Origin: Balanoglossus misakiensis
Lineage: Eukaryota > Animalia > Hemichordata
Assembly: GCA_040954595.2 (NCBI GenBank)
Contig: CM082577.2
Span: forward strand, 6,622,301-6,686,300
Length of the DNA: 64,000 nt
Reading direction: 5' to 3'
The position numbers were made by a program, and so were the translations under genes. Every line of letters begins with the position of its first letter. Position 1 is the first letter of the stretch. Positions 11,322 through 26,300 of the stretch are shown here, piece by piece. Under the pieces are notes generated by a model. It worked only from the letters and a program-made list of their open reading frames with translations. It made no database searches and was not told the DNA's origin.

Positions 11322-14300
11322 TCACTCTCCATCTACATCCTCCTCCTCCTCCTCTTCTTCTTCGATTTCCCCGTAGCATTCCTCAGCCAGCATGTAGTAC
11401 TTGTTTGCCAGTCTGCCCTTCATGGCTGTCATGGCTGCTTCAGCTGCCTCATTGTACAGGTCTCCTGTTATTATTAGAAGAAAAAAAACATGAAAATCAT
11501 ACATGAAACTTCCCCCCCTTCATCGGTCGTTATAGCTGTTCAGAAGAGGAATTAAAACTGGTACCAAGGCATGACCACCGGTATATGTGTTTCCTCTTTT
11601 ACCACAGAGCAAATATTTGAAAATCTCTCACATTTCACATACCATGTTGATAATATGCTACATCTACAAGTATTTATTAAAATCATTCTCCTGTATATAG
11701 TTCTTACATGATCAGTCATATTTATCCAATCCTGTCGATATTGTAAAACTGAGAACAAATGATGCTGTTGTGGAACTTGCCTTCTAATTTAACAAATAAA
11801 CTGTTACATTACCTGCTTTTTGTGGTTCTTTCTCCAGGCCGTAGCCACCCTCTCTGTACATCTCTGCCTGTCGTGCAATCACCTGGTGATTGGGGTTGTC
11901 AATCATGGCACAATACTCTCCGCTGTCATCTTCCTCTGCCGTGGTCACCGCCATGTCGTAGTAGAAGACTGCCTCCTTCCACGATCTCTCCCTGCATTAA
12001 AACCCACATGAAAACCCCTTCCGGTGTTTAAAGGTATACGACCAGCTATGTAAATTTATTATGGATTGTGGAGATCTAACCAATCATTGATTTCGCTTGG
12101 ATGGCCACGTGAAAAAAAGTATGCCACAACATAGTTATTAAAATCACATATGGGCATATGAAACTCAGAATTCATTTAATTTTGACAAAAATTAAAAGTG
12201 CTATCACCAAAATGGAAGGGATGACATTGAGCTTTGAGAGAGAGAACTTAGTTTCATGAAGAACTGCTGCAAAAGGTTCGGGGAAAACTATTGGAACATG
12301 CAGAAATAGTAGGCAGTAATTTCACAGGCAACTGGGAAAGTTTCTACATCACTGTGGAAAAAGCTAGAAAAAAGCCATGTGTATTGTGGGCAGACTTCAT
12401 AACAGGCACACTATAAAATGCACCACATTATATAACCTGCGACTTAATTGCATTAAACAACAGCTTCAATAAAGATTCGCTGCCTTATTGTTACCAGTGA
12501 TATTTCTGTGTTAACATCAGAGTACTGTTAAAGAAGTTATTACCTGTCAGTTGCCAAATTAATGCCAGTATCAAAGGCCGTAGCAACACGGACCATGGAC
12601 GGCCTGTCACCAGCATCAGCTGCCATTGTCAAGTATTCGAAACCCTCATTAATGTTCTCTTCAGATTCCTACAAGTGCCAAAAGAATCATAAGTTTGACA
12701 CACTGAACTTCAATGTTCATAATAAAACTGAAAATATATCTGTAAGTAGCAGGGTTGAACCATCATACCAGTAGAAATGATTTTTAGCTAACTTTGGTTT
12801 CTTTTTCACATCATTAAATTTATGCACTTCTTACAATACAACATGCAAAGAACATCTTTTTAAAATCAAACAACTAAAATTATCAACCAAAAACATTCCC
12901 ATCATACTAACGTTCCTTTCATGCAGGAACTTATTTGTTTGGGAAATGTGAAGCAGCCAAGTTGTTTTTGTGGGCTAACTTCTTCCAGAATTTGCACAGC
13001 ACGGATCTGATCCCATACAGTACAACTTCGGTCTTTGTTGTCAAAAATGTTTAAAAGAGGATGATGCATGCTCATTGCAATGCTGTAATCAATTACCATG
13101 ACAGTGACATCTGGAAGGATGTTGTTTGGCAACTGCAGATAGATGTGGGCCATGGCTAAGATGGCCTCCAAGGAACCACAGTTGGCCGCTTGGTTCAAAT
13201 GGAACAGTCCTGATTCCATGTCTCGTTCGCCCCCGTCCTCGCAGAAACGGCCCAGCTCATGGTACTTGGCCAACTCGCAGTGTACCTGTATCAGGAGGCC
13301 AAAAGGAAATTAGTGAGGAGAAATCTTGGCTGCCCTTCGAGATGGAATGCTATGAAGGGGTATAAATATTTGGAGTAGAATTTCGGGCATCAGATCTTTG
13401 TATTTTGTCACAGTTTGCAGTGAGGAAGCTTGAGTGGAATTTCGGTCTGAAGATTAATTCAGGGCTCAGCACCTCATTTCAACTTAACCCCCTCCCCCTT
13501 TTTTCTTACAAAATGTACACTTTTGAACCATGATCTTTACTGGTGTGCACAGCTGACCCTTTGGTCCCCTTTTGATTCTCAATAAACAGTTTTTTACTCA
13601 GACAACAGGTCTCTTGTTTATATCTACAGAGGTGCCCATGTCAACAAATACGGGCCTTTAACAGCTAGACAACGTGTGTAATGCATGTCTGTTCTAAAGA
13701 TGAGATCACAAATGCATCAGCTCGCAATCCCTCTTCTGTACATTTGAGCAGTGGCTAGATCGTATACACACCTGTCCCAGAACCGAGCCACCAGTCTTTC
13801 TCCGCATATTCATCAACTGTCGCAGTTGCACCTCAATATCTACACAGGAAGGTCGATGGACTTGGTTGGCAGTGAACGCTGCCTTATCTTCTTCCTATAA
13901 CGAAATACCAAAAATAAAGGAAAAATATTCAACTTTTTTCAATATAAGAGTGAGTGATGTGTCAGAATAATGACAAATGGAAAAGGAGAAACTGAATGCT
14001 TGTTAAATTACAAACGATTAAAACATGGCAGAATTGTCAATGCTGCAACCATCAGTCTGCTAAGTTAATTTCTTTTAGGTATTTTGTGTCACTAGCTTTG
14101 GGTTTTCTGGAATTTATGGTTTGTTGAAGCATGTTTGGTGAAAGATAATTTTTAAAATCCAGGGATTGTTTGCTTAAATAGGTGATTTTCAATCCCTGGT
14201 TCTGGTATTAGTTGTTGCTGATGCTGATTGTTTACGTGGTTGAAAGCTTCACAATCTGTTTTTTATTAGACATTTTTATGATTAAATCCGTCTGCTTTTT

Positions 14301-17300
14301 ACATGAAGCTGCTAAGATGTGTGCCTTTGTGGTGATTAGAGCATTTTATATGCAGCTCTTGCCGTTTCTTGTTTCATACTTGAAACCCCCAAAATGTGAG
14401 AGAAAAAAATACATTAATTTTTGAGACTATGCACCGAGAATACATTTTTTTGCATTTCTAACCCTTTGACCCATTGTTTAATATTTTAATATGCATAAAC
14501 TGAGTGAAACTGACTGACATTTCGACAAGACCTACAAAAAAAATCCACAATCCAATGAATTGATTTTACATTCAATCTTACCAATCATACATCCTTAAAT
14601 GATGGCCAGGGTTGAATATAGAAATCAACCTAACGGACAAAGAGATGAAATCTTCGCATGCAAGAGACTTTTTCATTTCAATCATTTGATCGAACATTTG
14701 GCAAAGCATATTTGCTGGAATTAACTTGTAGCTAAACGTATATTAGTTCTCAGCCACCATGCATTGTGCAAAATTTCAAACTCACAACATACATTTCACT
14801 TGGCATTCACGCTCATTCACAGACATCCACCCATAAAATTAAAAGTAAGCAAAAACCCAAGCACTAAGGGACAATATAAGTCTTAAAGCTCCAGTGGCCA
14901 CATACGCTATTTTCTAAGTATTTCTGTGTTCAGTATCAACTGTGCTGTGATTTTTGTTCTACCCGGTAAAACACAAAGACTTGCTCAGTATTTGGCCTTT
15001 CAACACAGCCCCTTTTGTAGCAAAAAATAACAACGGTCATTACTCGAGTACTTTGTGGAGAAGCTAAAGACTGAACATTTCACAAAGCTTTCCAGAGTAG
15101 AACAAGAAACCAGAGTTCATACATGGCAGAAAAATACTGAAAAAAATAGCCAAAAGAACTGGGGCTTAATTAAACTGAAGAGCTTTTCAATTGCTTTTGT
15201 TGCATTTAGTGGATACTTTGAGATGTTTTTCTCATAGAGATATTAATCTATCCAGCCTTCAATTGACTGGTTTATCTTTCCTTGTCAGCTTTCATGAATG
15301 AGAGCATGTTCTACACACAAACACCAATCATACAACAATATATGGATGTATGTTTAACTGCCCAATAATTCTTCGCTGACAGGCCTCTGTTACTTTCCTA
15401 GAGATAAATGTTCGCAAGAACATTACCACATACTCCACCATACGCAACAGAAACAATCAAAACAGTCCCACAGTTTACAGACCATCCCTCGCATATCCAG
15501 AGCAAAACATATGATCTTTGTGCCTTTTTAGCATACTGATGTTATTTTCATAATTTTGAGCAACAGGCAAGCTGAACTTCTAGACGAGTCCGATCGAAAT
15601 ACGAGGAATTTGCTCAGCTTACTTGCATGACGTCGTGATCATCATCATCGCTGACTTTCGCGTGACTCGCACCGCCTTTCCATTTCCGAACACTGCTACT
15701 GCTACTGCTACTGTCACCCTGTACGCAATCATTAATTAATCAAAATCACATTTAGAAATTCGAAAAAAGGACAAACAAAAGGTAGCGTTTGGATCGCTTT
15801 TTCAGGGGGGGGGGGGGGGAAACCGCGACGGCGCTCACCTGCGTCAGAGTTGCACTGTCGCTGTCGTGGCGTATTCGGCTCCGGAAGAGGCCGAAGGGAC
15901 TGGGGGGCGGGGAGGTCATCTCGATGTCGTTGGGACTCGCCGGGGACATCGGAGAGGTCAGGCTGTCGGGGCTGTTGCTAGAGTCCATGGATTCGCTGTT
16001 GGTAGAGTAGCTGCGTTGGCGACTGATGTAGGCCGTCATGTCGATGGAGGTGCCAGAGACACGCGGGCTAATGCACAGCTCTTCTGATCCTCGTACCACT
16101 GTGGCAGAAGAATTCTGAAATAGAAGTAAGGCATGGAGTCGTTAGAATCAAATCCAGCCCGTTCATTCTTGAAAAAAGACCATGAGTAATACTGTTTATG
16201 ACCAGCAGATAGTTAGGCTGAGTCAACAAACTTTTTTGAAAATAGGGATGGTGCAAGTTTTTGCAACTCCTGCTATCAGCGAGATGTAACAGCTGTACGT
16301 ACGAACGATATACTTCAAGAAATGGCTTCCCTTTGTGGATAAAAAATATCAAACTGACCTGCAAGTGTACAAAACGCTGCTGAGCGAACTTCTCCTTAGG
16401 GGAAATATCGAACGGAGTTAAGCCGAGACTCTCACAGATGCGGTTGCAAGTATGGGAGTGGAAAAACAGAGCCATTCCTTTGGGTCCCAGGTTGCCGTCG
16501 TTATACTCCTCACCTTTGCACGTGTGGATCTGGGGATCAGTGTACAAGTCTCCCACACCTGTAGTTACGTGGTGGGGGGGGGGGGGGGGAGAGAAAAAGA
16601 GAAAATTTACAATGACTGAAAAACAAATCAAATAATCATTGTAAACGTTTTGCACTCCAAATTTTGTTACTCTTTGGCGAAATAAAGCAACATCTTGCAC
16701 TCAAAATGTGTAATTTTTTTCTATTATAGGGAAATCACTTGCTACCCTCAGCAAAAGAAACTGCCACTTTTATTATATTGGACATGCAACAAATTGTAAT
16801 TTTTTTTTCTTTTTATCAGATTCTATAAATGTCATCACGAACACAGGCAGACATGGATTTTATCGGTTGACAAAAAAATCTTCAATGTAATCTGTAAAGA
16901 CTGGAGAGTAATGTACTTCTAGACCAGACTGACATCTATTTTTTTTATCGCTGGGAATTATAATTAATGAGGCAAATGTGAAAGAAAATGGTTCTTTTTA
17001 CCTTGAATGTCTATAACAATCAGTTGATGACTAGATCTTTCAAATGTGAAATGGCTGAGTGCCTGTGAAAGGGAGAAGAGTTTTATTAGCGCCATTAAAA
17101 CTGCAAACTGCATTGTATGCCACATTTCACACTGTGGCTCAAATCAAGCAAAGCAATTCTCTGACTAAAAAAATAACTCAATACTCTGATCACGCTGATA
17201 TATGTATATCTAGCCGTTGGAACTACTGTAGTTATGCGGCACAAAGTACGACTTACGAGCTGTTAAGAGATGTAATCATGACAGGAATCTGCGATAACAA

Positions 17301-20300
17301 GGTTACCCAAAACGCTGAGAATAATACTGATGTATGAGCAACGCTTGCAGCAAAATTTCATTTGCACGGCAAGTCCAGAACAGCCCAGTTTGGCAGTATT
17401 TCAAAGTACTTCCCATATTTCTCGTGATTATCACCTAATCAAATGGCAGATTAAATTTATGATTATGTGCTGGACTTGATACGACTGCGTAAAACACTGA
17501 GACAATCAGAACCCAGACACAGAATAAAATTTCAACCTCGAGACTGTAACCACAGGCAATAAACATCACTTTTTTGAGTTGCCCTTTGATGGCAAGTGAT
17601 GGAAGAATATATGGCTGCATCAAGATATCAACAAACAAAATAATAAAGAATGACTGCACAGTAAACATGCACAAGTACCGGTTGTCGTTTCAGATTAAAT
17701 TCTACGAGAAAGAGAGAATTCTAATCAACTCATGTGACAAGTGAACGTTTTCTCTGCCACAGGAAATTACAGCGACATAGAACCCGGCCACCCTTTACCT
17801 CTTGACAAAAGCCAATTTCTATTATCTAATTACTCCACAACTTGATTGGGTCGTGTTGTAGTGTTTCAAAACATCCCTCTGGGGGCGAAAAGAACTTATC
17901 CAATCTATCAGACGACTTCAAGAAACCATGGAAGTGTAGACTTAAATGGTCTGATGTACTTCCACTGTAAACATTGTTCCATTAAAAACAGACCCTGGGA
18001 TGAAGAATTCAATACCACGCAATGCGCTGCCCCCTTACTTAATCAGCTTGCACACAGCATCGCAAATACGACACGTGGAACCAGCTTTTGCTCAACTATT
18101 CAAATCTCACCTGTGGAGTTAAACGCAGTGCCTCGTCCCGGACGAACCCAGAGTTGGAGTTGTACTTGATGTAGTCGCCCTCGATGAGATGCTCAAGGTG
18201 GTACAGCGGCTTGCCTGGACGATCTTTGAATTCCAAGACGCTCATCTGGATGATGTCGACCTACGGGGGAATGAAACACATCACAGTGTTGCCCACCTAT
18301 GGTTGGATTTAGAAAGATGGCGTTTACAAGGAATTGGAATTGAGTAAAAATAAACATTAAAGGTATACGGTCACCTATGGAAAATTAGCCATAGTTAACA
18401 TGGCAAAATGAGATCTAGCCAATCAGAGATTTTCAGTGGGTGGCACACGCGAAAAGAAGAGCGCCACCATGTATGTTCTTTAGAATGCTCTAATACGCTA
18501 TTTCAGCCATATATGGCCGTATGTAAATTGGAGGTGACTGTATACCTTTAAAATTGAGAGTTCTTTTTTCCTACCTTTTTTGGAGGGTTATGTCTATTAT
18601 ACTCTTCTCCCCACAACTTGGCATCCATCTGAAGTTTCACATCCTCAAAATACACCTGTCTCTCCACAGTATCAATGTAGCGCTTTGTCACGTAGTTGGA
18701 GGCGTGCTTCCAGTTGGCGCTCCTCGCAAAGTTCGACAATTTCTTCCTGTTAAGAAAATGAAAACAGGATGAGGTTCCCTATACATGAATTATTGTACAT
18801 GGCACACATATCTCGAAAATTCTAACACACATATAATATGCATAAACTCCCCTGAAAAAAAATCCTACATGATGTAAATACTTCATACGTCTCAGTCTGC
18901 TAAGAATTATGCGCCCAAACGGGAGCAGTTGAATGTTTTGATTGTAACTGTGACAGTAAAAGCTTGAAGAGAATATACTGGAACCATGTGGCACTCTGTA
19001 CTTGTAACTATCTGTTGCTGTGAGATTTTTTCGCTGCTCTGTGACGATCAACTACAGATCTCTCAGGGGCATGCAGTGTGTATGCAGGCAGTAACCTGGG
19101 AAATCCACGACACATCATCCGACTACAAACGGCTTCGGGGGGAAAAAATTTGCCGGTGCATATTTTATGAAGGATTATCTTTAATACAAGATCAGCAGCC
19201 ACCTGTTCTGTTGGAAACAACGCAGTTTTGCCGATAAAAAGTAAACGTGACGCGATAAGCCCACTAATTTCTCAAAATTATTGATAGAAACCTTACTCAA
19301 TTTCAAAGCAATCTGCAGAATTCTGCACTTCTAGGGGTTGGAACTTACGTACAATTTAATATGCACCTCAAAAAAAAAAAAAGGCCTGGATTCCCGTCAA
19401 CAGCCGGGGTTGTGCAAAATACACAAAAGATAAACACACCTAGATATGATGTTATTCTCATGCAACCAACCGAACGCCATGAGCAATACAGCCCAGTTTC
19501 ATGTAAAATGATCTACATAAATTTCATTGGCACGAAAACAGATTTTACTTACATTCTGAAGCACTGTCTCATGGCACCAGCAGCAAACGCCTGAAAATAT
19601 AAAACGAAATATAATTGATTTTGGAAATGTAAATCTCAATGATAGATAATACAGCAAAATAGAAAATGTAGATGAGATACATTTCTGTTTCATGTGATTA
19701 TGTTAACATGGCATAAATTGTAAACAAACATTAATGGATATAATATGGTTAATAAAACAATTGACAATATTCTGCACCTACATATTCAATAAATACATTT
19801 ATCTAATTGCTTAAAAATAAATGCTATATATCATCACATAAATCATCACATAAATTATGTTGATCAAATTGGGAAAGTTTGTACAATGAAATGCGCACTA
19901 AACTAATCCATTAATATTCCTCATTCCACTTCTTACTTGCTGTCAAATGAAGTCATCATTATATTTTCAAACCCGATTCCTTCATTTATTCATGACCTAA
20001 CTGAAGAATATTGGTCTGTCTGAGATCAACAGTGCGATGTGGAAAGCTGTCATTGAGTCTCTTTTGACAAACGGAAATCCAATTTCGAGCATCCATGGAT
20101 TAATATCAGCAGCAGCATATTCAACAAGAAGCTTAGACACACCCCCGTCATGAAAACTACGCATAATAACAAAGGTGCAAAACCAAAACAATAAAGGGTA
20201 TCACATGTTTAAACTTTAATACACAAAATATTCTTTTGGAATATTTTTATATTTCAAACAATGACAAAAAAATATTGTTTTGGATGATGTTCTGGTATTA

Positions 20301-23300
20301 TTAGTATAAAATCTAGGTCGCAATGGCATATGTTTACATTTTCCAATCCAAACCTAGTTTGACGTCCATTTTTCACCCCACAATACATCTATAATTTTCT
20401 TTAACAAATCTTGATAACTACATGTATCTCGACTTCTTTATACATCAACCCATGGGTCCTGACAATTACAGGTGTTTTTATCTGCATCATCCAACAATCA
20501 ACTTCCATCCATGCCAAGAATCACGTACCATTGACGTTGATTTTCAGACAAGCATACATGCAAAATCAATACAACTTTCGTCATCATTCCTTTCAGGTCT
20601 TTATATAGCATAACCATGGCAACACGGCCGGCTCCAAAAGGCTTGGCTTCAATTCATTAGGAATTCGCATTACCCAGCAGCAGAAGAGTCAAATGAATGC
20701 AATTACCTCACTGCTTTTTATGAAAAATAAAGTCGCATGCATATATCCCTATGTTTTCATTTTAAAAAGTAATACAGAAACCTGGAACAATCACCAGGGT
20801 GCCCAGAGCTGATAAACCTGTCATGTGATTAAAACAAATGATTTCTTGTCAGATTTTTATCCCCACCTGGTTCACTCAAAGGCTACTCTGTCAGACTACG
20901 CTGTTGCTATACTTTACTCCTGCTGAGCTGCCAGTATTATGTTCATTAGTAGCGTAATAATTTAACGGAACTCGCAGGCAGAATTCATATCAACTGGAGG
21001 GATAATAACATACGTGATTGATGTCTTGTATTGCGAGTCGCGACATTAAAAAAATATGTGCCAGTCGGACTGTGTCGATGTGAACTAACACACAGAATAG
21101 GATGCAACATTACCTCTGCTTTTTTTAACCTCTACTGATGAAAAATCTCATTTTGCAAAACAGTAAAGTTACCGCCAGTTTTCGACATTTGATCGCAGTC
21201 AGTGACTCGCACAGCGACATGACAGTTACCCTCTATGACTCCAAATAATGGGACCTTGTATTTTTAAAACTTACTGGTAGAGCAGAGGTTAAAAAGGTTA
21301 TAAAACATTTACAATTTACCATTACATTAGGCACAACTACTGACGTCACCCATTTGTAATGTCGTTACGGTTGACTGAAAGAGGAAAAGCTATTTTGGTT
21401 GTCTCAACATTTTGGAATCTCAAAACCACAAAAGGTTAATGTTTTTCAGACAGCGCATTATTAGGCAAGGCCCAGTTGCCCTTCTGAGCACACATCACAA
21501 ATGTGGGAGTGTTTGTGTCAGCAATTTGTTGTTTTTAATCATGTGACACTGACTGGTCACATGAATACTTCATGAGCAACGCACAATACGAATAAAACAG
21601 TTACAGTAGAGTGCAGATACTGGTCAAGCTGAACAGCACCGATGTTAAAATTTTGCCAATTTTCCATAGAACAGGAAAATACCGATGGAAGTTGAAATTC
21701 CTGTGTGAGGAAGTCCATACAACAGGAACTTGTGGTAGTGGTGGGTGTGTTAATAAATTCGAGGTGACCCTAAGTGAACTTTACCCCGGCTGTGTAAACA
21801 ATATATTAATTAAGTGGGTTTTTTAGACATGGCTATTTTGGGAAATGCATATTACGTGGAGTTTGTCCAGAATCCAAAACCCGCCCAGAAATTAATGATT
21901 AAACATAGAAAATCACACCACTTGGGCGGTGCCAGTTGGAGATAACATTTTGGGGACAAGTACCACAACAAAACAAAGACAAAATCTATATGTAGGATAA
22001 ATTGTATTTCTAGTTTAGTCTTCAACTTCCCTGGAAACATACAGTTATATAGTCAATTATTTTATTACATCAAAGTCCTCATTATGTTTGAAACATAACG
22101 GAAATCCCCAATTCATAAACGATCAAAATCTCTTGTCTGAAGATAAGTTCATCACGGGGTTGGAGAATGCATCTGCCTACATCAGTAGCTAATACTAGTC
22201 TCCTCTCCAAAAATTGCTATCTTTAATGACTGAAACGAGCATTAAATAGAAGATGGCCATACTAGACTACTGTCAATGGTTTTTAACAGAACTACAGTTG
22301 TTTACCGAGACGAGACAAAGATGGAGACAAAATTCAAATTCACACAGAGTAGTACTGTATTATCACATGTACCGCATGTTCGTTTGAACAATTACCCTGT
22401 AGGCAGTGAAATACATTAATTGCTCAACACACAGGTACTGATCACTTTTTTATTCATGTTATTTGAAACTGCATTGTGTGACACAAATACAGGTAGTTGT
22501 TTTCCTTTGGACTGAACACACACACACGGCGAATTAGAATTTACAGTCACCGTCTCAAACGTGCACAGTGACTCGAGATCACTTTTTCCTCCAGAGATTT
22601 TGTAATTTTATTCCACCATTTCCGATATAAGATTTCCGATGACTTTTTCTCGCACCCAATATTCGCGAGTGCGTTTTGTCTCAATTTACATGCTTTGGCC
22701 AGAGACACTACAAAGCAGCAATGAGAGCTATCAAACTGTTGAAACTGCAAGATTTTTTCTATTTGACAAAAAATCCATCATGATCTCTGAAAGCCAATAA
22801 CTGCTGATACAAGTACATGTACATGGCTGGTGCCTGCATACAAGCATACTCGATACACTCGATTGATCACTGATAGTGATACACTGAGTCAAGAAAAAGA
22901 CATCTGACCATATTTCAGAGAACCTTTAAACAAGGATATTATCCAAGCACAATTTCCTCGAATTCCGAGCACAAATCAGCAAATTCCCAAATTACGCAAA
23001 TAAACTAGAACACATCTTGATACAGAAAACCAGGTAATGGTACCAAGTGGGTCTCAAATTTTCCCCTTTACTGGGTAATCACAAGACTCTAAGGGGGAAT
23101 TCCAATTTTCATATCATTACAGTCGATTAACTGCGCATATACACACGGATATCATTGAACTTAAGGATGTGAAACAATACCCTAGAACTAGTGCTGGCTA
23201 GGCAGGTATACATAAATTCAGACCAAGCACATTATTTCGGTAGAGTATGATGTATAAGGTTTGATGATTTTAAAAAAAAATGTCAAAAGAGACTTCACGC

Positions 23301-26300
23301 CCATATCATCATGATATGGTTTTTTTTTATAAATTGTACAGTAACAAACTAGTTCCTGGATTGATTCAATTTTATCTGTATATAATTGCGTATCCAATTT
23401 CCTTATCTGCTATTTTTATACAAATTTACAGAAGCAAATGATTTCAGAGGAAAAATAAACTATAAAAGTTGTAAGTGAACTATATATAGCGTGCATGCAG
23501 TGTTTATTATGGTGAAATCAATTTCTGCTCTAACCTCCGCGAGCGAGCGTGTTTTGGTGACACACTTACATGTAATTATTACGCCAAAACGAATAAATTC
23601 AGTGGTTTTCACCTCCATGAACATATGTTTTGGAAGATTTCGTGAAAAAAAGGGCTACCTTTTATTCTGTGTGTCGTAATCACCTTTATTAGACGCACAG
23701 TTATTAAAACAGGTTTCAGACAAAAAAAGTCTGACTGAGAGTACGTGCTATTTGCCATATATGTTGCGATCACGCAGACTATCTTATCGCTAACTTTTGT
23801 GTCACACACAGGTTACCTGCAAAATAAACAACATCAAACATATCTCAATGTGCGATCTTATATCCTAGTTTGGTTATCGTCTGTACCCTGTATATGCCAA
23901 GCTATGAAAACAACTAGTATCGACGTCAGTGGTTTTAAAAAAATGTCTATTTATAATTCTGACTAGGCTGTATTTTCATCTCTTATATTTTTGTATCCGT
24001 TTTTACTTGCAAAATAAAACTGACAGAGGTCAGTATGAAATTCCTGCGGGTTAAAATCCAATAATCATAATGTATAACTTGGGTTAGCTGTTATTAAGAC
24101 GCATTGGTGACGCATGACATGTACGATCGCCGCTCTGAATGTTAAACTGACGAGAGAGATCACGGGGACAATTTTGTTATGGTAGTGCAGTTGGTGATGT
24201 TGTAATAAAATTAAATTCATGGCGAATTTTAGATTCCACTGTGAATGGTATAAATTATGCCAAGTGGCGTAAACTCACTGCGACATACTGTTTACACATA
24301 TTTTTCGTTTCATCACGCGACACCGAGTTTACAACTATATGCGCTACACACAAATACTTCTCTGCGACTGTTACAACTGACAATTGCGACTGTTACAACT
24401 GACAATTCATCATATTGCAGCGGTTGTAGTATAAGGTATATTCAGGTTTCTAATATTTTTTTGGAAAAATATTCCTTCATGTTATTAAATGTACCATGTT
24501 ATACCTCGATTTGCCTTTTTCAAAAATTTGAATTTGCACCAACGAGGGAAATCTACACTTGTCAGAGGTCACACCATGTTATGATTAATTGAAACATATG
24601 GTGGTATCATATACATTGTATATACATAATGCGTAAATGGGGAAAACATGATTTACGTCACTAATAAACATATTAAATCCAAAAGAGCAACAGACGTATG
24701 TTTCTGACATCAAAACAAACCACAGGTTGTGTTTGTGTTGCGTTTTATAAAGGGAGGTGTGCAAAATGCATCAGATCTTTTCTTTCTAATAAACAGTTAC
24801 ATGATACAATGGGTCTATTGTTTGCCTCCTATAGAAAGAAATACCCAGGGCCCTGTACCTGCCCCTTTAAAAGCAAAGCAAAAGGTTGATTTGTTTGTCA
24901 CCCTGGCTGGTTAAACGAGAATTGATGGGGCGAAAGTTCACTAAACATCCGAAACAACTCTATTTTTTGATGACTGTGCATTAATTTGACGAAACTCCAT
25001 GACCCCTACACGCCGTCTGTGTCGTACAAAAGTTGTTTTCACAAACGATGCAGTGTATTCTGTACTTTTAGCAGTGTATCCAGTTAAGTACAGCTAAATA
25101 CTCTGCATCATGAATTAAAATAACTGTGCACTGGATCACATGCAAAAATCACACACAGAGTTCTATTTTGCAAGCGTGCCCAAGATTGTTTACCTTTGCA
25201 AAGGTAAGATTTACCAGGATGGATAGTGAATGAAAGCCTTGAAGTTGAAACACTCTCGTCCAGACATGCCTGTAATTAAAGGTACTAGAATGTGGCCACC
25301 CTGGCCAAGAGACAGTTATAATTTATGAGGCACTTGAACACCTGCTTAGAATCCTTAAGAGAAGCACTAATCTCACTGTCACCGTCATCTGTTATTCAAT
25401 TCAAAACTAAGATTCAGCGCAGATTTTTTTTACTCAGTTTGGACAGACATCAATCTGAATATTGATGTGTGATGTTTTTTGAAAATGTCAAATCTTGGTC
25501 TGTCATATCTTCCTGAAATGAGTAAGAAATGATCAAACAAAACACAGAGAGAATATGACGTACAAAATATGTAGTTGATGCACAAGCCCTAAGGATGTAC
25601 CGTACAAGCCCTAACTACAACTTCCTTCTAATATGCACGACTCCACTGGTAATCTTCCTGACGCAAATAAACCACAACCTATTTAGGCGGCCTCAATTTC
25701 TCACCAGCACCAAGACTAAATGTCAGCATTTCGTTCGTCATGAAGGGTCCCATAACATTTTCAACCTGAGATGTTTTCAGTGTGAACAAACAAAACACTA
25801 GCTCAGTAGCAGAGCTGAAACCCACAAAGCCTATTGTTGGCCTGCTTTTATGATTTGCGCTGACGTAAAGCCAGTTATAATGGCACTGGCTAATGGTTGT
25901 CAAAACAATTGTACTTCGACCACTAAGAATTTAACCTATATACTGTCTGGACAGACGGAGAAAGGTCACCCCAAGGACAAATAACACATCAACATCAATT
26001 TACATATCAAGCTGGAACACTGCCAAATCTCGAACACATTTCAGTTCCCATGTAAAGATGGCCGCGATATAGTCCGACCTGAACCAGTGGCTTGTGTTAC
26101 AAATATTTAAATTATGACATACTTAAAACAGCAATATCTTATTTTATTGATCAGTCATGTGCAGAATTAGTTTCAAATCAACATGATATCATTTACATTC
26201 TAATGGTGGCGCTTTTTTTTCATGGCCAAAATCTGTGATTTGCTAGATCTCGATTTTCCATGGTAACTGTGGCTAAATTTGCATCTATAGATATGTGCAT

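Noticed and set aside
18779-19237. Overlapping 70-90-aa ORFs in an EEF2K intron
   Set aside because: No recognisable domain, and the flanking EEF2K exons already join in frame without them.
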